Positions 19,742 to 29,790 of a stretch of 64,000 nucleotides of DNA are shown in pieces. This DNA comes from Candidatus Marinacidobacterales bacterium (GTDB lineage Bacteria; Acidobacteriota; Vicinamibacteria; Marinacidobacterales; DATDRI01). Position 1 is the first letter of the stretch; every line of letters starts with the position of its first letter. The stretch is from positions 2,048,001 to 2,112,000 of the forward strand of contig OZ245365.1 in NCBI GenBank assembly GCA_965226495.1, in the 5' to 3' direction. A program made the position numbers and the translations under genes. A model generated the notes under the pieces. The model had not been told where the DNA came from and ran no database searches. It worked only from the letters and a program-made list of their open reading frames with translations.

Positions 19742-21106
19742 ATGGTCCAATACTTGATGTTGTTGGCGTTGCTTCAGGCCGAGCCGGTCGATCGGTTGGT
19801 CCAGGGTGGCACGGTCGTGACTATGGATCGGGAGATGCGGGTTCTCGAAGGGGCGGCTGTTGCGATCCGCGGCGAGCGCATCGTGGCGGTCGTCGAGGCG
19901 GGTGATCCTCTTCCCGACGCCCGAGAAGTGGTAGATGCCGCGGGGCATCTCGTGATTCCCGGGCTGATAAACACCCATGGCCATGTGCCGATGATTTTGC
20001 TTCGTGGCCTGGCTGACGACATGGCGCTGATGGAATGGCTCAACGATTTCATCTTTCCCGCCGAGGCACGGAACGTGAACAAGGAGTTCGTCTATTGGGG
20101 AACTCTTCTCGGTGCGATCGAGATGGCTCGAGGCGGGACGACGACTTTCACCGACATGTATTACTTCGAAGACGAAATCGCACGAGCTACCGATCGATCG
20201 GGGCTGCGGGCGGTACTTGGTCAGACGATCATCGGTTTCCCCGCGCCGGATTACAAGACCACCGACGAAGCGTTAGCCGCCACCGAGGCCTTCGTTCGTG
20301 AATATCGAGACCACCCTAGGGTCACGCCCTCGGTGGCACCCCATGCGCTCTACACCACCGACATCGAAGTGATCATCAAGGCTCGGGAGATGGCGTGCCA
20401 ATACGATGTCCCGTTCCAGATTCACGCCCACGAGTCACCGGAGGAAGATACCGCGGTGAGAAAGAAGATGGGTATGACGACGGTATCCGTGCTAGATCGG
20501 GCAGGCGTGCTCGACTCGGGGGTGATCCTGCATCATGTGATCACACTGACCGACGAGGATATTCGACTCATTGCCCGCAGCGGTGCTACCACCTCTCATA
20601 ACCCGGAGTCCAACATGAAGGGGGCGTCGGGCCTCGCCCGGGCTCCGGATTTGCTGGCAGCGGGGATTCCGGTGGGACTCGGTACCGACGGCGCGGCGAG
20701 CAACAATAACTTGGACATGTTCGAGGAGATGGACACCGCGGCCAAAGTGCACAAGCTCAATCGACAGGACCCGACCGCCATGCCCGCTCGCGACGTGTTT
20801 CGGATGGCAACCATCGGCGCCGCGGAGGCATTGGGGCTTGCGGACGATGTGGGCTCGATCGAGGTAGGGAAGCTTGCTGATTTGGTGTTGATCGACCTCG
20901 ACAAGCCGGAGCTGACGCCTCTCTACGACGTTTACTCGCACTTGGTTTACGTCATCAAAGGGCCGTATGTGCGTTCGGTGCTTGTTGGAGGCGAGTGGAT
21001 AGTTCGGGACCATAAGGTGGTCACCATGGACGTGGAAGAAGTGTTGACCAAGGCGCGGCAGATTCAGGAGCGAATCCGAGCCAGCCTTGCCCGAGCGGAA
21101 AAATGA
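19742..21106 (+). CDS. Amidohydrolase, MtaD/SAH-deaminase-like
   Basis: PGLINTHGH, HAHES, HNPESNMK, LGTDG metal ligands. Confidence 0.88.
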   Translation: MVQYLMLLALLQAEPVDRLVQGGTVVTMDREMRVLEGAAVAIRGERIVAVVEAGDPLPDAREVVDAAGHLVIPGLINTHGHVPMILLRGLADDMALMEWLNDFIFPAEARNVNKEFVYWGTLLGAIEMARGGTTTFTDMYYFEDEIARATDRSGLRAVLGQTIIGFPAPDYKTTDEALAATEAFVREYRDHPRVTPSVAPHALYTTDIEVIIKAREMACQYDVPFQIHAHESPEEDTAVRKKMGMTTVSVLDRAGVLDSGVILHHVITLTDEDIRLIARSGATTSHNPESNMKGASGLARAPDLLAAGIPVGLGTDGAASNNNLDMFEEMDTAAKVHKLNRQDPTAMPARDVFRMATIGAAEALGLADDVGSIEVGKLADLVLIDLDKPELTPLYDVYSHLVYVIKGPYVRSVLVGGEWIVRDHKVVTMDVEEVLTKARQIQERIRASLARAEK

Positions 21107-22620
21107 AGCGCCGACTCGAGATCGTCGGACTGGTCGTTGCCGTTGCGGCGGGTTCGGCCTGCAAAACCCGTGAGAGCTCATCGCCGACTCCAAGAGCCCG
21201 CAACGTCATTCTGTTCATCGGAGATGGACTAGGAGCGACCCAAATAGCGCTCGGACTCGAGTACGCCCGCGTCGTCGAAGGGCGTCAGCTTCATCTGGAG
21301 AAACTCATGGAATCCGGTGAGATCGGGTATGCACTCCCGGTTTCGCACCAGACCACGGTGATTGATTCCGCTGCCGCGGCTACTCAAATCGCGACCGGCC
21401 AGGTAGCTTGGAATCAGACACTCGGGATCGATATCGAGGGAAAGCCGATCGAGACGATACTCGAGCTATCCGAGAGCCGGGGGCTAGCAACGGGTCTGGT
21501 AACCAACATGCGACTGGTTCATGCAACCCCCGCCGCCTTCGCCTCACACCAACTGTCCCGCTATGACCCGGAACCAGAGATCGCCGATCAGATCCTAGCG
21601 GAGCACGAGATCGAAGTCCTTCTCGGTGGGGGAGCGCGGGCTTTCGTCCCGCAGGGACAGCGGACGTCCGAGAGCCTACCGGGAATTCCGGCCCGACTCG
21701 ACGGGCGTTCACGGCGCACCGACGATCGGGATCTCATCGCGGAAGCGCGCGAACGCGGCTACGCCGTCGTGAGCGAGCGCGAGGCGCTTCTCGACCATGC
21801 GTCCAAAAGGAAGAAGCTTCTGGGTCTATTCTCGGCCAGCAACCTGCCTTATGTCTTGGATCGTCGAAGTGAATCGTTGGACGGTGTTCCCAGCCTCGCG
21901 GAGCTAACCGAAGCCGCACTCCGAGTGCTTGGTGCGGAGGAAAAAGGGTTCTTCCTCATGGTCGAAGGAGGGCGCATCGACTATGCGGGCCACGACAACG
22001 ATGCCGGTGCGATGCTCCACGAGATTCTCGATTTCGATGAGGCGTTGGGTGTCGCGTCTCGTTTTCAATCGAAGAATCCCGATACCCTGCTTCTGGTGAC
22101 CGCCGACCACGGGACTGGAGGGTTCACTTTCACTTACTCTCGACACGCTGATTGGGAAAGACGTCCGGCGATTCCTCTGGCGAGTGGGGAAGTGTATCGC
22201 CCGCGTTATTTCTACCCCGGCAGGAACGAGTTGGAGCTCCTGGGGAAGCAATCGAGGTCGTATGAGTTGATCGGAGAGAGAGCCGGAACCGATCCCGCGA
22301 AGCTTCAAAAGGAGGTGCGAGATGCCACCGGTCTGGAGCTTACCTGGGAGGAGGCGACGAAGGCCGCGGCACGGAACACTGAGGGCAAACCTGAGGTCGG
22401 CGATTTTTCGCAGTTTTACACCGACGAGGAAGACACCGCACAGGCGTTGTTGGGACGGGCGCTATCTCGGCAGACGTCCATCAGCTGGTCGACCGGGGGG
22501 CACACCACCGATCCGGTCCTTGCCTTCGGTGTGGGTCCGGGCGCGCATAGGCTGCGGGGGGTGTATCGAAATACTCATATCCACGAAGTGATGGAGAAGA
22601 GCCTAAGCGGGATGCAATAA
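21103..22620 (+). CDS. phoA: Alkaline phosphatase (PhoA family), probable lipoprotein
   Basis: NVILFIGDG, DSAAAAT catalytic Ser, HATPAAF, EGGRIDYAGH, VTADH; lipobox AGSAC. Confidence 0.9.
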   Translation: MKRRLEIVGLVVAVAAGSACKTRESSSPTPRARNVILFIGDGLGATQIALGLEYARVVEGRQLHLEKLMESGEIGYALPVSHQTTVIDSAAAATQIATGQVAWNQTLGIDIEGKPIETILELSESRGLATGLVTNMRLVHATPAAFASHQLSRYDPEPEIADQILAEHEIEVLLGGGARAFVPQGQRTSESLPGIPARLDGRSRRTDDRDLIAEARERGYAVVSEREALLDHASKRKKLLGLFSASNLPYVLDRRSESLDGVPSLAELTEAALRVLGAEEKGFFLMVEGGRIDYAGHDNDAGAMLHEILDFDEALGVASRFQSKNPDTLLLVTADHGTGGFTFTYSRHADWERRPAIPLASGEVYRPRYFYPGRNELELLGKQSRSYELIGERAGTDPAKLQKEVRDATGLELTWEEATKAAARNTEGKPEVGDFSQFYTDEEDTAQALLGRALSRQTSISWSTGGHTTDPVLAFGVGPGAHRLRGVYRNTHIHEVMEKSLSGMQ

Positions 22621-22652
22621 ATAAGGCGCCACCGGTCGGCGGCGCCTTATTA
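22620..22652. terminator. Bidirectional intrinsic terminator
   Basis: aataaggcgcc...ggcgccttatt inverted repeat between convergent genes. Confidence 0.7.
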
Positions 22653-22673
22653 GCTTCGTTTCAGGGCGCAACA

Positions 22674-23636
22674 CTATTCTCTCGAAATCGTTACACTCCC
22701 ACTAAAAGTCGAGGCCTCGATCACCACGCTGCCGTCGCCGTAGATGCCGTGGACTTCCCGCTTGCTGATCGCTCCAGACATAGTGAGCGGGAACTCGCTT
22801 TCGATGTCGCCGCTGAAAGTCTCGGCGGTGAGCTCGAAGCCGATGTCGTTGGCGATGTAGATCTGGACGTCGCCAGAATGGCTCTCGAACTCGTAGCGTC
22901 CTCCCTTTGCGAACGTGCCGCCGTATCGGATATCGCCGCTGACGCTTTCTATCGCAGCACGCTCACAATCGGCTTGGGTGAGAATCACGTCGCCGCTTAC
23001 ACTGCTCACTTCCACCTCCCGCGCCTTCAGTCCTGTGACCTGGACGTCGCCGCTGACGCTGGCGATCTCGGGGTCCTCGAGCGATGCGGCCGACTCGACG
23101 GTGACTTCGCCGGAGACACTCTGGGCCACCAACAGGTTCTCCGCATTGTTGACCGTGACGTCGCCGCTGACGGACTCCGCTTCGAGCTCGCCACCAACGT
23201 CTGCTACATGAACGTCTCCCGACACCGACTCCGCGGACACCGATGTGCCGGTGGGAACGGTAACACTGAAATCCACCGACATATGCTTGTGCTGTTTGCC
23301 CTTGGTGTACTTGGTCTCGATCCGCACACGATCTCCGGTTTGGCTCACCTCGATGCTTACGAGAGAAGGATCGCCATGACCGTGTTTCTCGGCCTCGACC
23401 CGAATCTCGGTGCCCGGTCCGCCCCGGATCTCGATATCGCCTGATAAGTTGCCGATGTCGAGCGAGCCCGAGGGGCCGACGTCGAATGTGCGAGAGAACT
23501 GCTCGCCTTCCTGAAGGTAGAGGTGCGTCGAGCGTTCCACGGGGGCCGCCGCTCCGAGGAACGAGGCACCGAACAGCAACGTTAGAACAACCTGTATGGG
23601 TTTACGGAAGTTTGTCTTCATGGTTTTCTGTCTCAT
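22674..23636 (-). CDS. DUF4097 beta-strand repeat protein (exported)
   Basis: Repeated S[V/F]SGD[V/I] units; downstream of ECF/anti-sigma. Confidence 0.85.
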   Translation of the reverse strand: MRQKTMKTNFRKPIQVVLTLLFGASFLGAAAPVERSTHLYLQEGEQFSRTFDVGPSGSLDIGNLSGDIEIRGGPGTEIRVEAEKHGHGDPSLVSIEVSQTGDRVRIETKYTKGKQHKHMSVDFSVTVPTGTSVSAESVSGDVHVADVGGELEAESVSGDVTVNNAENLLVAQSVSGEVTVESAASLEDPEIASVSGDVQVTGLKAREVEVSSVSGDVILTQADCERAAIESVSGDIRYGGTFAKGGRYEFESHSGDVQIYIANDIGFELTAETFSGDIESEFPLTMSGAISKREVHGIYGDGSVVIEASTFSGSVTISRE

Positions 23637-23640
23637 CCCT

Positions 23641-24369
23641 TCAGCTGGGATCCGGACTTTCCGAATCGCGTATTTCGTCGATCAAATCCAGCGCGTTCTC
23701 GCCTTGCCCCTTTCGCACTTCATTGATCAGGAGCACCGTATTCTGGAGAAGGCTGAGCTTGCGTCGGAGAGCGGTAAGAAGACTGTCCCCGGCTACCAGG
23801 TTCTCCGGCTGTTGGCGGGCCGCTGTCCGACTCTCTCCGATAGCGTCTTCGATGACGGTTAGGTTCGCCGTGAGCACCGCCATCAATTCGGGATCGAGAG
23901 TAGACTGATCGGTCTCGACGATCTTTTCCAGTCCTTGGATGGCGTTTTCGTAGTGCTCTTCCGCGGCTAGGAGCTCTGCCGCAACCCACTCTGCACTACC
24001 TTCGGGCGGTTGGCTGGAAAAGAAGTCGAGCTGGTTCATGATTGCCATTGTGCCGATCAAGACAATCGCTGTAGCGGCGAGGGCCCATCGATGTGACGAG
24101 AGATTGTTCGCAATCCCGTTTCTCCAAGAAGAAGTCTGCGGCGTGCCGCTTTGCGCTCGTATTGAATCAGCAATCCGCTTCCAGGCATCTGCAGGGGGAG
24201 TCAGGCGCTCGAGCGATGCTGCCGCCCTCTTAACCTCGAGGAGATCTTCCGCCATCGCCCGGCACGATTGGCATCTCTTGAGATGCGCCTCGAGCGATTG
24301 TTGTTCGGAGCTGCTCATCGAGCCGTCTACGTAATCATCGAGCTGGGCTCGGTATCGATCCTCAGTCAC
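23641..24369 (-). CDS. Anti-sigma factor, zf-HC2
   Basis: HLKRCQSC (HxxxCxxC), one TM helix. Confidence 0.88.
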   Translation of the reverse strand: MTEDRYRAQLDDYVDGSMSSSEQQSLEAHLKRCQSCRAMAEDLLEVKRAAASLERLTPPADAWKRIADSIRAQSGTPQTSSWRNGIANNLSSHRWALAATAIVLIGTMAIMNQLDFFSSQPPEGSAEWVAAELLAAEEHYENAIQGLEKIVETDQSTLDPELMAVLTANLTVIEDAIGESRTAARQQPENLVAGDSLLTALRRKLSLLQNTVLLINEVRKGQGENALDLIDEIRDSESPDPS

Positions 24370-24985
24370 CGCTTTTCTCCCGTGGAGGTTTGCCCAAGAG
24401 CTCTCGTAGTTTCAGTCTGGCTTTGTGAACCAGAGACTTGGATGTGCCCTCCGCGACACCCAATATGTCCGCCACCTCGCGGTGGCCGAATCCCTCGACG
24501 TCGAACAGCAAGAAAGCCGCCCGGTAGGAATGGGGAAGTTGCACGATGGCGTTCTCTAGGTCGAGTCGGGCCGCCGTCGACTCGGGAGCAGCGGAGGGGG
24601 AGAATCCCGTCGACTCGTCCAGGCTTTTGGTCACCGATTGTCTCTGCGCAGCCCCACTTCTGAGATGGTCGAGGCAACGGTTGACTGCCAATCGATACAA
24701 CCAAGTCCCAAAGGCGGCCCGCCCTTCGTAGCTCGGTAGCTTGTTGTAAGCCAGTAAGAAGATCTCTTGAAGGAGATCCTCCGCTTCGGCGAGGTCTCGG
24801 ACCATGCGGAACGCCAGGTTGTACATGGCCGAACTGTGCCTTTGATAGATGGCCTCGAAAGCCTCCACGTCGCCGGATCGACACCTGGCGACCAGGGTTG
24901 CTTCTTCCGCTCGAGCCTGCTGCTTGGTAGTTGAGACAGAGGAAGGGCCTTGTGGAACGCCGGCCCCGTCCCTGACGTCTTGCAT
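24362..24985 (-). CDS. ECF RNA polymerase sigma factor
   Basis: AEDLLQEIF, TWLYRLAVN, region 4 EGFGHREVADILGVAEGTSKS. Confidence 0.93.
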   Translation of the reverse strand: MQDVRDGAGVPQGPSSVSTTKQQARAEEATLVARCRSGDVEAFEAIYQRHSSAMYNLAFRMVRDLAEAEDLLQEIFLLAYNKLPSYEGRAAFGTWLYRLAVNRCLDHLRSGAAQRQSVTKSLDESTGFSPSAAPESTAARLDLENAIVQLPHSYRAAFLLFDVEGFGHREVADILGVAEGTSKSLVHKARLKLRELLGKPPREKSGD

Positions 24986-25243
24986 GGGCGCTAGCATATC
25001 TCAGGAGAGCAGCGCGGCTTGCGCATCCTGGTGGCCACCCAAAACACGAAGTTGCCATCAAATATCTCGTCAGGGGGCGGTTCATCTTGTTGCCTGGGTC
25101 CTTTGGACATTCGGTTCTTTTCCTGCGCTTACATGGGTTTGGACGAGGGTGGGGCCAAAATGGTTTACGCGGGGTCCAGATCTCCCGACTGCGGCTGGCA
25201 ACTTCAACCCTATGATAGACTTGCCCCCCCAGGGAGGGCCGGG

Positions 25244-26359
25244 ATGAAGTCGCTTTCACTGTTGCTTCTTATTAATGCGCTCACCGTCGGACCAAGCTTC
25301 GCAACCCAGCCTAGGATCAAGGTCATCGCCGATCAGGACAGCGCGGGGCCGGAGGGAACGAACTATCTCTCCCTGTTGATGCTCCTCCTGGCCCCCGAAA
25401 TCGATCTGCCGGGAATCACCACGGTGAGTGGCGACCAGTGGGTTAAGCAGGCGACGGTTTTTGCGCGCCACGCCGTTGAGCTTACTGGGCGGTCCGACGT
25501 GCCGGTGGTTCAGGGCGCCGAGATGCCGTTGCTCAATAGTGGAGGCGAGCAGGAGCGTCGCGAACGCCTGTTCGGGTCTTATGCAACATGGCATGGGGTG
25601 TTCAATCCCGATGCTCCTTCTCCCGATCGCATTTGGGAACCACCTGGTGGCTGGCCTGAGATGCCAGCTCGGTCAGGGCATGCGGTCGACTTCATCATCG
25701 AGACGATCCGCAAGAATCCAGGCGAGGTCGTGCTCTACTGCGCGGGACCTCTGACCAACGTCGCGCTCGCCGTTCGCTTGGACCCCGGCATCGTGCAACT
25801 CACCCGGTCCATCTACATCATGGGGGGAAGCAGCGGCGGAGGCCCGGAGCTCAATTGGTGGTGGGATCCCGAAGCGGCGGCCATCGTTTTGCGAGAGCCT
25901 TGGAAGGAAATCGTGGTGACGCCGTTCGAGACGGGAGGCCAAGCATGGTCCAGCCCAGACCTTATGCGGCCGATTGTCGCTTCCGGAGGTCGACTTGCCA
26001 GTCACGTGAGCTCGACGTACCTAGATTACAAGCCTCAGGATTCCAATACCGTGTGGGGGATGATGTGGGATGAAGTCACGGTCGCCTCTTTGCTCGACCC
26101 GACGGTGATTGGTAAGTGGGAGGAATTGTATCTCGACGTGGTGATCGACCATGGACCCACCTACGGTGAAACTCGCGTCTGGCGGAAGCCGCCAGCGGTC
26201 CTGAGTTTTTTCTTGGCCTACAGTGGGCCCGATCCGATGGACTCTGAGAGTTGGACAGAACATCATCGGTTACCCTACGGCCGCCGTCCTGCGCAGGTTC
26301 AGATGGAAGTCGATCTGGAGAAATTCAATTCGCTTTTCATAGAGGTCTTGTCACGATAG
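25244..26359 (+). CDS. Nucleoside hydrolase family protein with signal peptide (non-canonical Asp motif)
   Basis: DQDSAGPEGTN, AGPLTNVA, NWWWDPEAA, MWDE; start ATG 25244 after GGGAGG. Confidence 0.85.
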   Translation: MKSLSLLLLINALTVGPSFATQPRIKVIADQDSAGPEGTNYLSLLMLLLAPEIDLPGITTVSGDQWVKQATVFARHAVELTGRSDVPVVQGAEMPLLNSGGEQERRERLFGSYATWHGVFNPDAPSPDRIWEPPGGWPEMPARSGHAVDFIIETIRKNPGEVVLYCAGPLTNVALAVRLDPGIVQLTRSIYIMGGSSGGGPELNWWWDPEAAAIVLREPWKEIVVTPFETGGQAWSSPDLMRPIVASGGRLASHVSSTYLDYKPQDSNTVWGMMWDEVTVASLLDPTVIGKWEELYLDVVIDHGPTYGETRVWRKPPAVLSFFLAYSGPDPMDSESWTEHHRLPYGRRPAQVQMEVDLEKFNSLFIEVLSR

Positions 26360-26380
26360 CTCTCTGCGAGGGGTTCGATC

Positions 26381-27400
26381 ATGAAGCCAAGTGTGGTGTT
26401 GATTGGTTTGTTGCTGGCAGCCGGCTGCGCTCGAGATCCCGGAGGCTCCGGCCGATGGGAGCTCTCAGAGTCGGCAGCCGGCGAGGTGGACGAGACCCTG
26501 GCGCGACAGATTTTTCTCGCGCTCGATGCAGCAGAGCAGGCAGGTACCGATCCGTCGATTTCTCACTACGATGTGCGTGCAGCGACGGTAGTGGAGGCCG
26601 AAGGGAGAGAGCACGTCGTGGTCGGGAGCAACACCGAGTACCAGGTTCCAGAGGCCATACATGGAGAGACTTCTCTTCTTAACCACGTGACGAGCCTGCT
26701 CGGGAAAGAGGCGACCCGGAGCGTTCGCTTCCTCGCTTTCTACTCCGATGGCAGGTGTGGGAGCGGCTCGAGCTGCGGTGACTGTCGAGATTACCAAATC
26801 GCGGTAACCGACTACCAGAACCTCTTGATCGCCTGTGGGCAGAGCTCAGATCGCACCGTACACATCAAGAAGTTCGCGGATGCGGTGGTTCCCGAAGAGA
26901 GTTTTCCAGCAGTCTCTGCCGACGGGATCCCTCTGAGCGAGGCGGTTTTAGAGCAGCTGGTGGGGGCGGCCATCGAAGCTCGCCAGGGTGGGATTACTCT
27001 CTTTACTTCTGGGGAACATCATGCCGGTGCCGCCGGAGTCTCGTCCAAGGGCAAGTTATACCGGGCGGCCGGTGCGGACGACGCGGCGTTTCATTACCGT
27101 TACCCGATTGGCGGGCTGCTTCAACAGGCGGCGGCGGAAAGCGACTACTTCATCGAAGCGATCGTCGTGGTAGGTGAGCCGGGTGAGTGGCCCCGCATCA
27201 GCTACCGCGACCGCCAGTACGGCTATGAGTCGAGCAGTTTCAATCTTCGGGAGGGCCTCGAGCCGATCCGCTTGATCCTGACCGACGGGGAGGGGAACTA
27301 CCGCATGACGACTTTCGAAGAGGCTTTGCCAGGGGCATTCAGCACCAGCGCCTTCATGCCCGATGCGGTGGGGGAGTTTTTGGAGAGCCACACTCGGTGA
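26381..27400 (+). CDS. Two-domain cytidine deaminase-like lipoprotein
   Basis: GSNTE, IHGE, SCGDCR Zn motif; second CDA-like domain lacking Zn ligands; lipobox LAAGC. Confidence 0.75.
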   Translation: MKPSVVLIGLLLAAGCARDPGGSGRWELSESAAGEVDETLARQIFLALDAAEQAGTDPSISHYDVRAATVVEAEGREHVVVGSNTEYQVPEAIHGETSLLNHVTSLLGKEATRSVRFLAFYSDGRCGSGSSCGDCRDYQIAVTDYQNLLIACGQSSDRTVHIKKFADAVVPEESFPAVSADGIPLSEAVLEQLVGAAIEARQGGITLFTSGEHHAGAAGVSSKGKLYRAAGADDAAFHYRYPIGGLLQQAAAESDYFIEAIVVVGEPGEWPRISYRDRQYGYESSSFNLREGLEPIRLILTDGEGNYRMTTFEEALPGAFSTSAFMPDAVGEFLESHTR

Positions 27401-27689
27401 AAGTCTCTCTCTCGTTGTTACGTTGGGGAGAGAGGAGCGGTTAGTCCCGAAACGATGCACGGGCGCGGTGGAACGCGCAAAAAAAGTCATTTTCTTGTTT
27501 TTTTACTTGACAATTTTCGAAGGTCTTTTAAAGCGAAGTTGTTGACACGATCGTGGACGCGCGTGTGGCGCCCTGAAATAGAGGAGGAAGGCGTGATCCG
27601 CGTCGCGAGCTTCGAACGTCATCGCAGGTCGTATTGATTTAACACCGGCCATCCCAGGACCTCGAAAAACCCCGCGCTATATTAGGAGC

Positions 27690-28832
27690 ATGACACACGA
27701 GTTCCAACTGAAATCGATTTCAGATGATGAGCTACTCCGTCGGTTGTCGGAACTCACGCAACAGTCCCGACGCGTCGAGTCCGAGTTGGTCGCTCACATC
27801 GGCGAAGTGGACGAACGTCGACTGTATGCGCGCGAAGCTTTCTCTTCGATGTTTTCCTATTGCACCGAAAAGTTGCACTTGTCGGAGCACGAGGCTTACC
27901 TGCGCATCGCAGTGGGGCGCGCGTCTCGTACGCACCCCATGCTTCTCGAGATGCTCGGTGATGGGCAACTTCACTTGAGCGGCATCGCCAAGATCGCACC
28001 GCACCTCACCGAGGCCAATCGAGAGACGCTTTTGGCTCGTGCGGCGCACAAGTCCAAGCGGAAGATTGAGGAGCTGGTGGCCGAGATTTCACCCAAGCCT
28101 GATGTTCAGGCGACGATACGCAAACTGCCCGAGCGTCCCGAGAAAACAGAACGGACCCCAGCCCCCCAACTCGGTCCGGAACGAGTTGCTATGCCTTCCC
28201 CGGCTCCCGCTCCGGCCAAGCTCGCGGTGGTGGAGCCTCTTGCACCCGCGCGCTATAAAGTGCAGTTCACCGCCAGCTCCGAGCTTCACGATAAGCTGGC
28301 GCGACTCCGGGTGCTCATGCGCTCCTCGGTACCCGACGGTGATCTGGCTGCGATCATAGAAGAGGCCGTGACCGAGAAGCTCGAGCGGCTAGAGTCGAAG
28401 CGGCTTGCCAAGACCAAGTCCGCAAGAAAGAGTCTTGAAGAAACCGACACGTCGCCCTCATCGCGCTACATCCCGGCCGCGGTGAAACGCGCCGTGCGGG
28501 AGCGGGACGGGAACCAATGCACGTTTGTGGACGCAAACGGTAGACGCTGTAGGGAGCGCCACGGCCTCGAGTTCCACCACCACCAGCCCTTTGGCCGTGG
28601 CGGCGACCACAGCCCGGAGAACCTGCGGATGATGTGCCCCGCGCACAACCGGTATCTGGCCGAGCGCGACTACGGAAGAGAGGTGATGAGGCGATACCGG
28701 CGCTCAGGCGACCATGCACGCGAGCCCGCGCCTGTTTACTTCCTCGGCAACCGGCTCTCGAACGCGACGAGTGGGGCCCGTCGCGACAGGAGCGGCGGCA
28801 GCACGACGTGGTCTAGGGCGAAATACGGTTAG
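27690..28832 (+). CDS. HNH endonuclease with DUF222-like N-terminal region
   Basis: RYIPAAVKRAVRERDGNQC...C...EFHH...GGDHSPENLRMMCPAHN. Confidence 0.85.
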   Translation: MTHEFQLKSISDDELLRRLSELTQQSRRVESELVAHIGEVDERRLYAREAFSSMFSYCTEKLHLSEHEAYLRIAVGRASRTHPMLLEMLGDGQLHLSGIAKIAPHLTEANRETLLARAAHKSKRKIEELVAEISPKPDVQATIRKLPERPEKTERTPAPQLGPERVAMPSPAPAPAKLAVVEPLAPARYKVQFTASSELHDKLARLRVLMRSSVPDGDLAAIIEEAVTEKLERLESKRLAKTKSARKSLEETDTSPSSRYIPAAVKRAVRERDGNQCTFVDANGRRCRERHGLEFHHHQPFGRGGDHSPENLRMMCPAHNRYLAERDYGREVMRRYRRSGDHAREPAPVYFLGNRLSNATSGARRDRSGGSTTWSRAKYG

Positions 28833-29767
28833 CCCTTGTCCCTCTTCTTCCACTCCTTGTTGAAGCGGGTTCGCTTGAGGAAAGACTTCTGGGTGCCGAC
28901 ACCCATCGTGGAGAGACCGGCGTAGAGATTGGCGCGGGCCAAGGCGTCCCGTTCCGGCATGCCTTCGGCGAGGAAGACCGCGAAGCTTCCAATGAACGCA
29001 TCGCCGGCCCCGGTAGTGTCTTTGGTTGTTACCTTGTAAGACGGGATGAGCTCCATGCCCTCCGAGCCCGCGAGCAAAGCTCCTTTTTCGCCGAGGGTGA
29101 TGATCACTCGACGAATCCCCTGTGCGAGAAGGTACTCGGCGCATGCCTTCGCTTGATCAACGGTCGTAACCGGCTTCCCGGTGATGGCGGCAGCCTCGGT
29201 CTCGTTGGGAACGAAGTAGTCGACGTTGGCCAACTGCTTCAGATCCGCGGGGAGCGCCGGGGCCGGATTCACGATACAGCGGATCTTGTTCTTCCGGGCG
29301 AATCGAACCGTGTGGTAGACGGTGTCGAGGGGAATCTCGAACTGCAAGATGATGATGTCGGCGCGTTTCAGTCGGGACGCTGCTTGATTGACTCCCTTGG
29401 CAGTCAGCTTGTCGTTGGCGCCCTTTACCACGATGATTCGATTCTGGCCGCTCTTCTCGACGAAGATGGGAGCCACACCACTCGAAACTCCCTTGACGGT
29501 TTGGACGTTGCGGGCCCCGATACCGAGGGACTTGAAGTTCTTGATGGTGGCCGGCCCGAAAAGGTCGTCTCCCACTCGTGCGACCATTTGCACCTTGGCG
29601 CCGCAGTACTTCGCCGCGACCGCCTGGTTCGCCCCTTTACCCCCGAAGCCGAGGTCGAAGGCTTCTCCGAAGACGGTCTCTCCCGGTTTGGGGAATTGAT
29701 CGGTGAAGCTGGTGAGGTCGACATTGGCACTTCCTACTACTGCGATTCGCGCTTGTCTTTTAGCCAT
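28829..29767 (-). CDS. rbsK: Ribokinase
   Basis: VVGSANVD, GGKGANQAVA, NETEA, DTTGAGDAF; start ATG 29767. Confidence 0.93.
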   Translation of the reverse strand: MAKRQARIAVVGSANVDLTSFTDQFPKPGETVFGEAFDLGFGGKGANQAVAAKYCGAKVQMVARVGDDLFGPATIKNFKSLGIGARNVQTVKGVSSGVAPIFVEKSGQNRIIVVKGANDKLTAKGVNQAASRLKRADIIILQFEIPLDTVYHTVRFARKNKIRCIVNPAPALPADLKQLANVDYFVPNETEAAAITGKPVTTVDQAKACAEYLLAQGIRRVIITLGEKGALLAGSEGMELIPSYKVTTKDTTGAGDAFIGSFAVFLAEGMPERDALARANLYAGLSTMGVGTQKSFLKRTRFNKEWKKRDKG

Positions 29768-29790
29768 TTGTTTGCTGGGCCTCCGGCCCT

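Noticed and set aside
22674-23480. Repeated tcgccgctgac motifs
   Set aside because: Explained by SVSGD peptide repeats of DUF4097
25048-25205. 10-bp inverted repeat gaagttgcca/tggcaacttc as invertible segment or sigma-54 sites
   Set aside because: Short, no adjacent invertase, and lacks the -12 GC; may be an operator pair but unsupported
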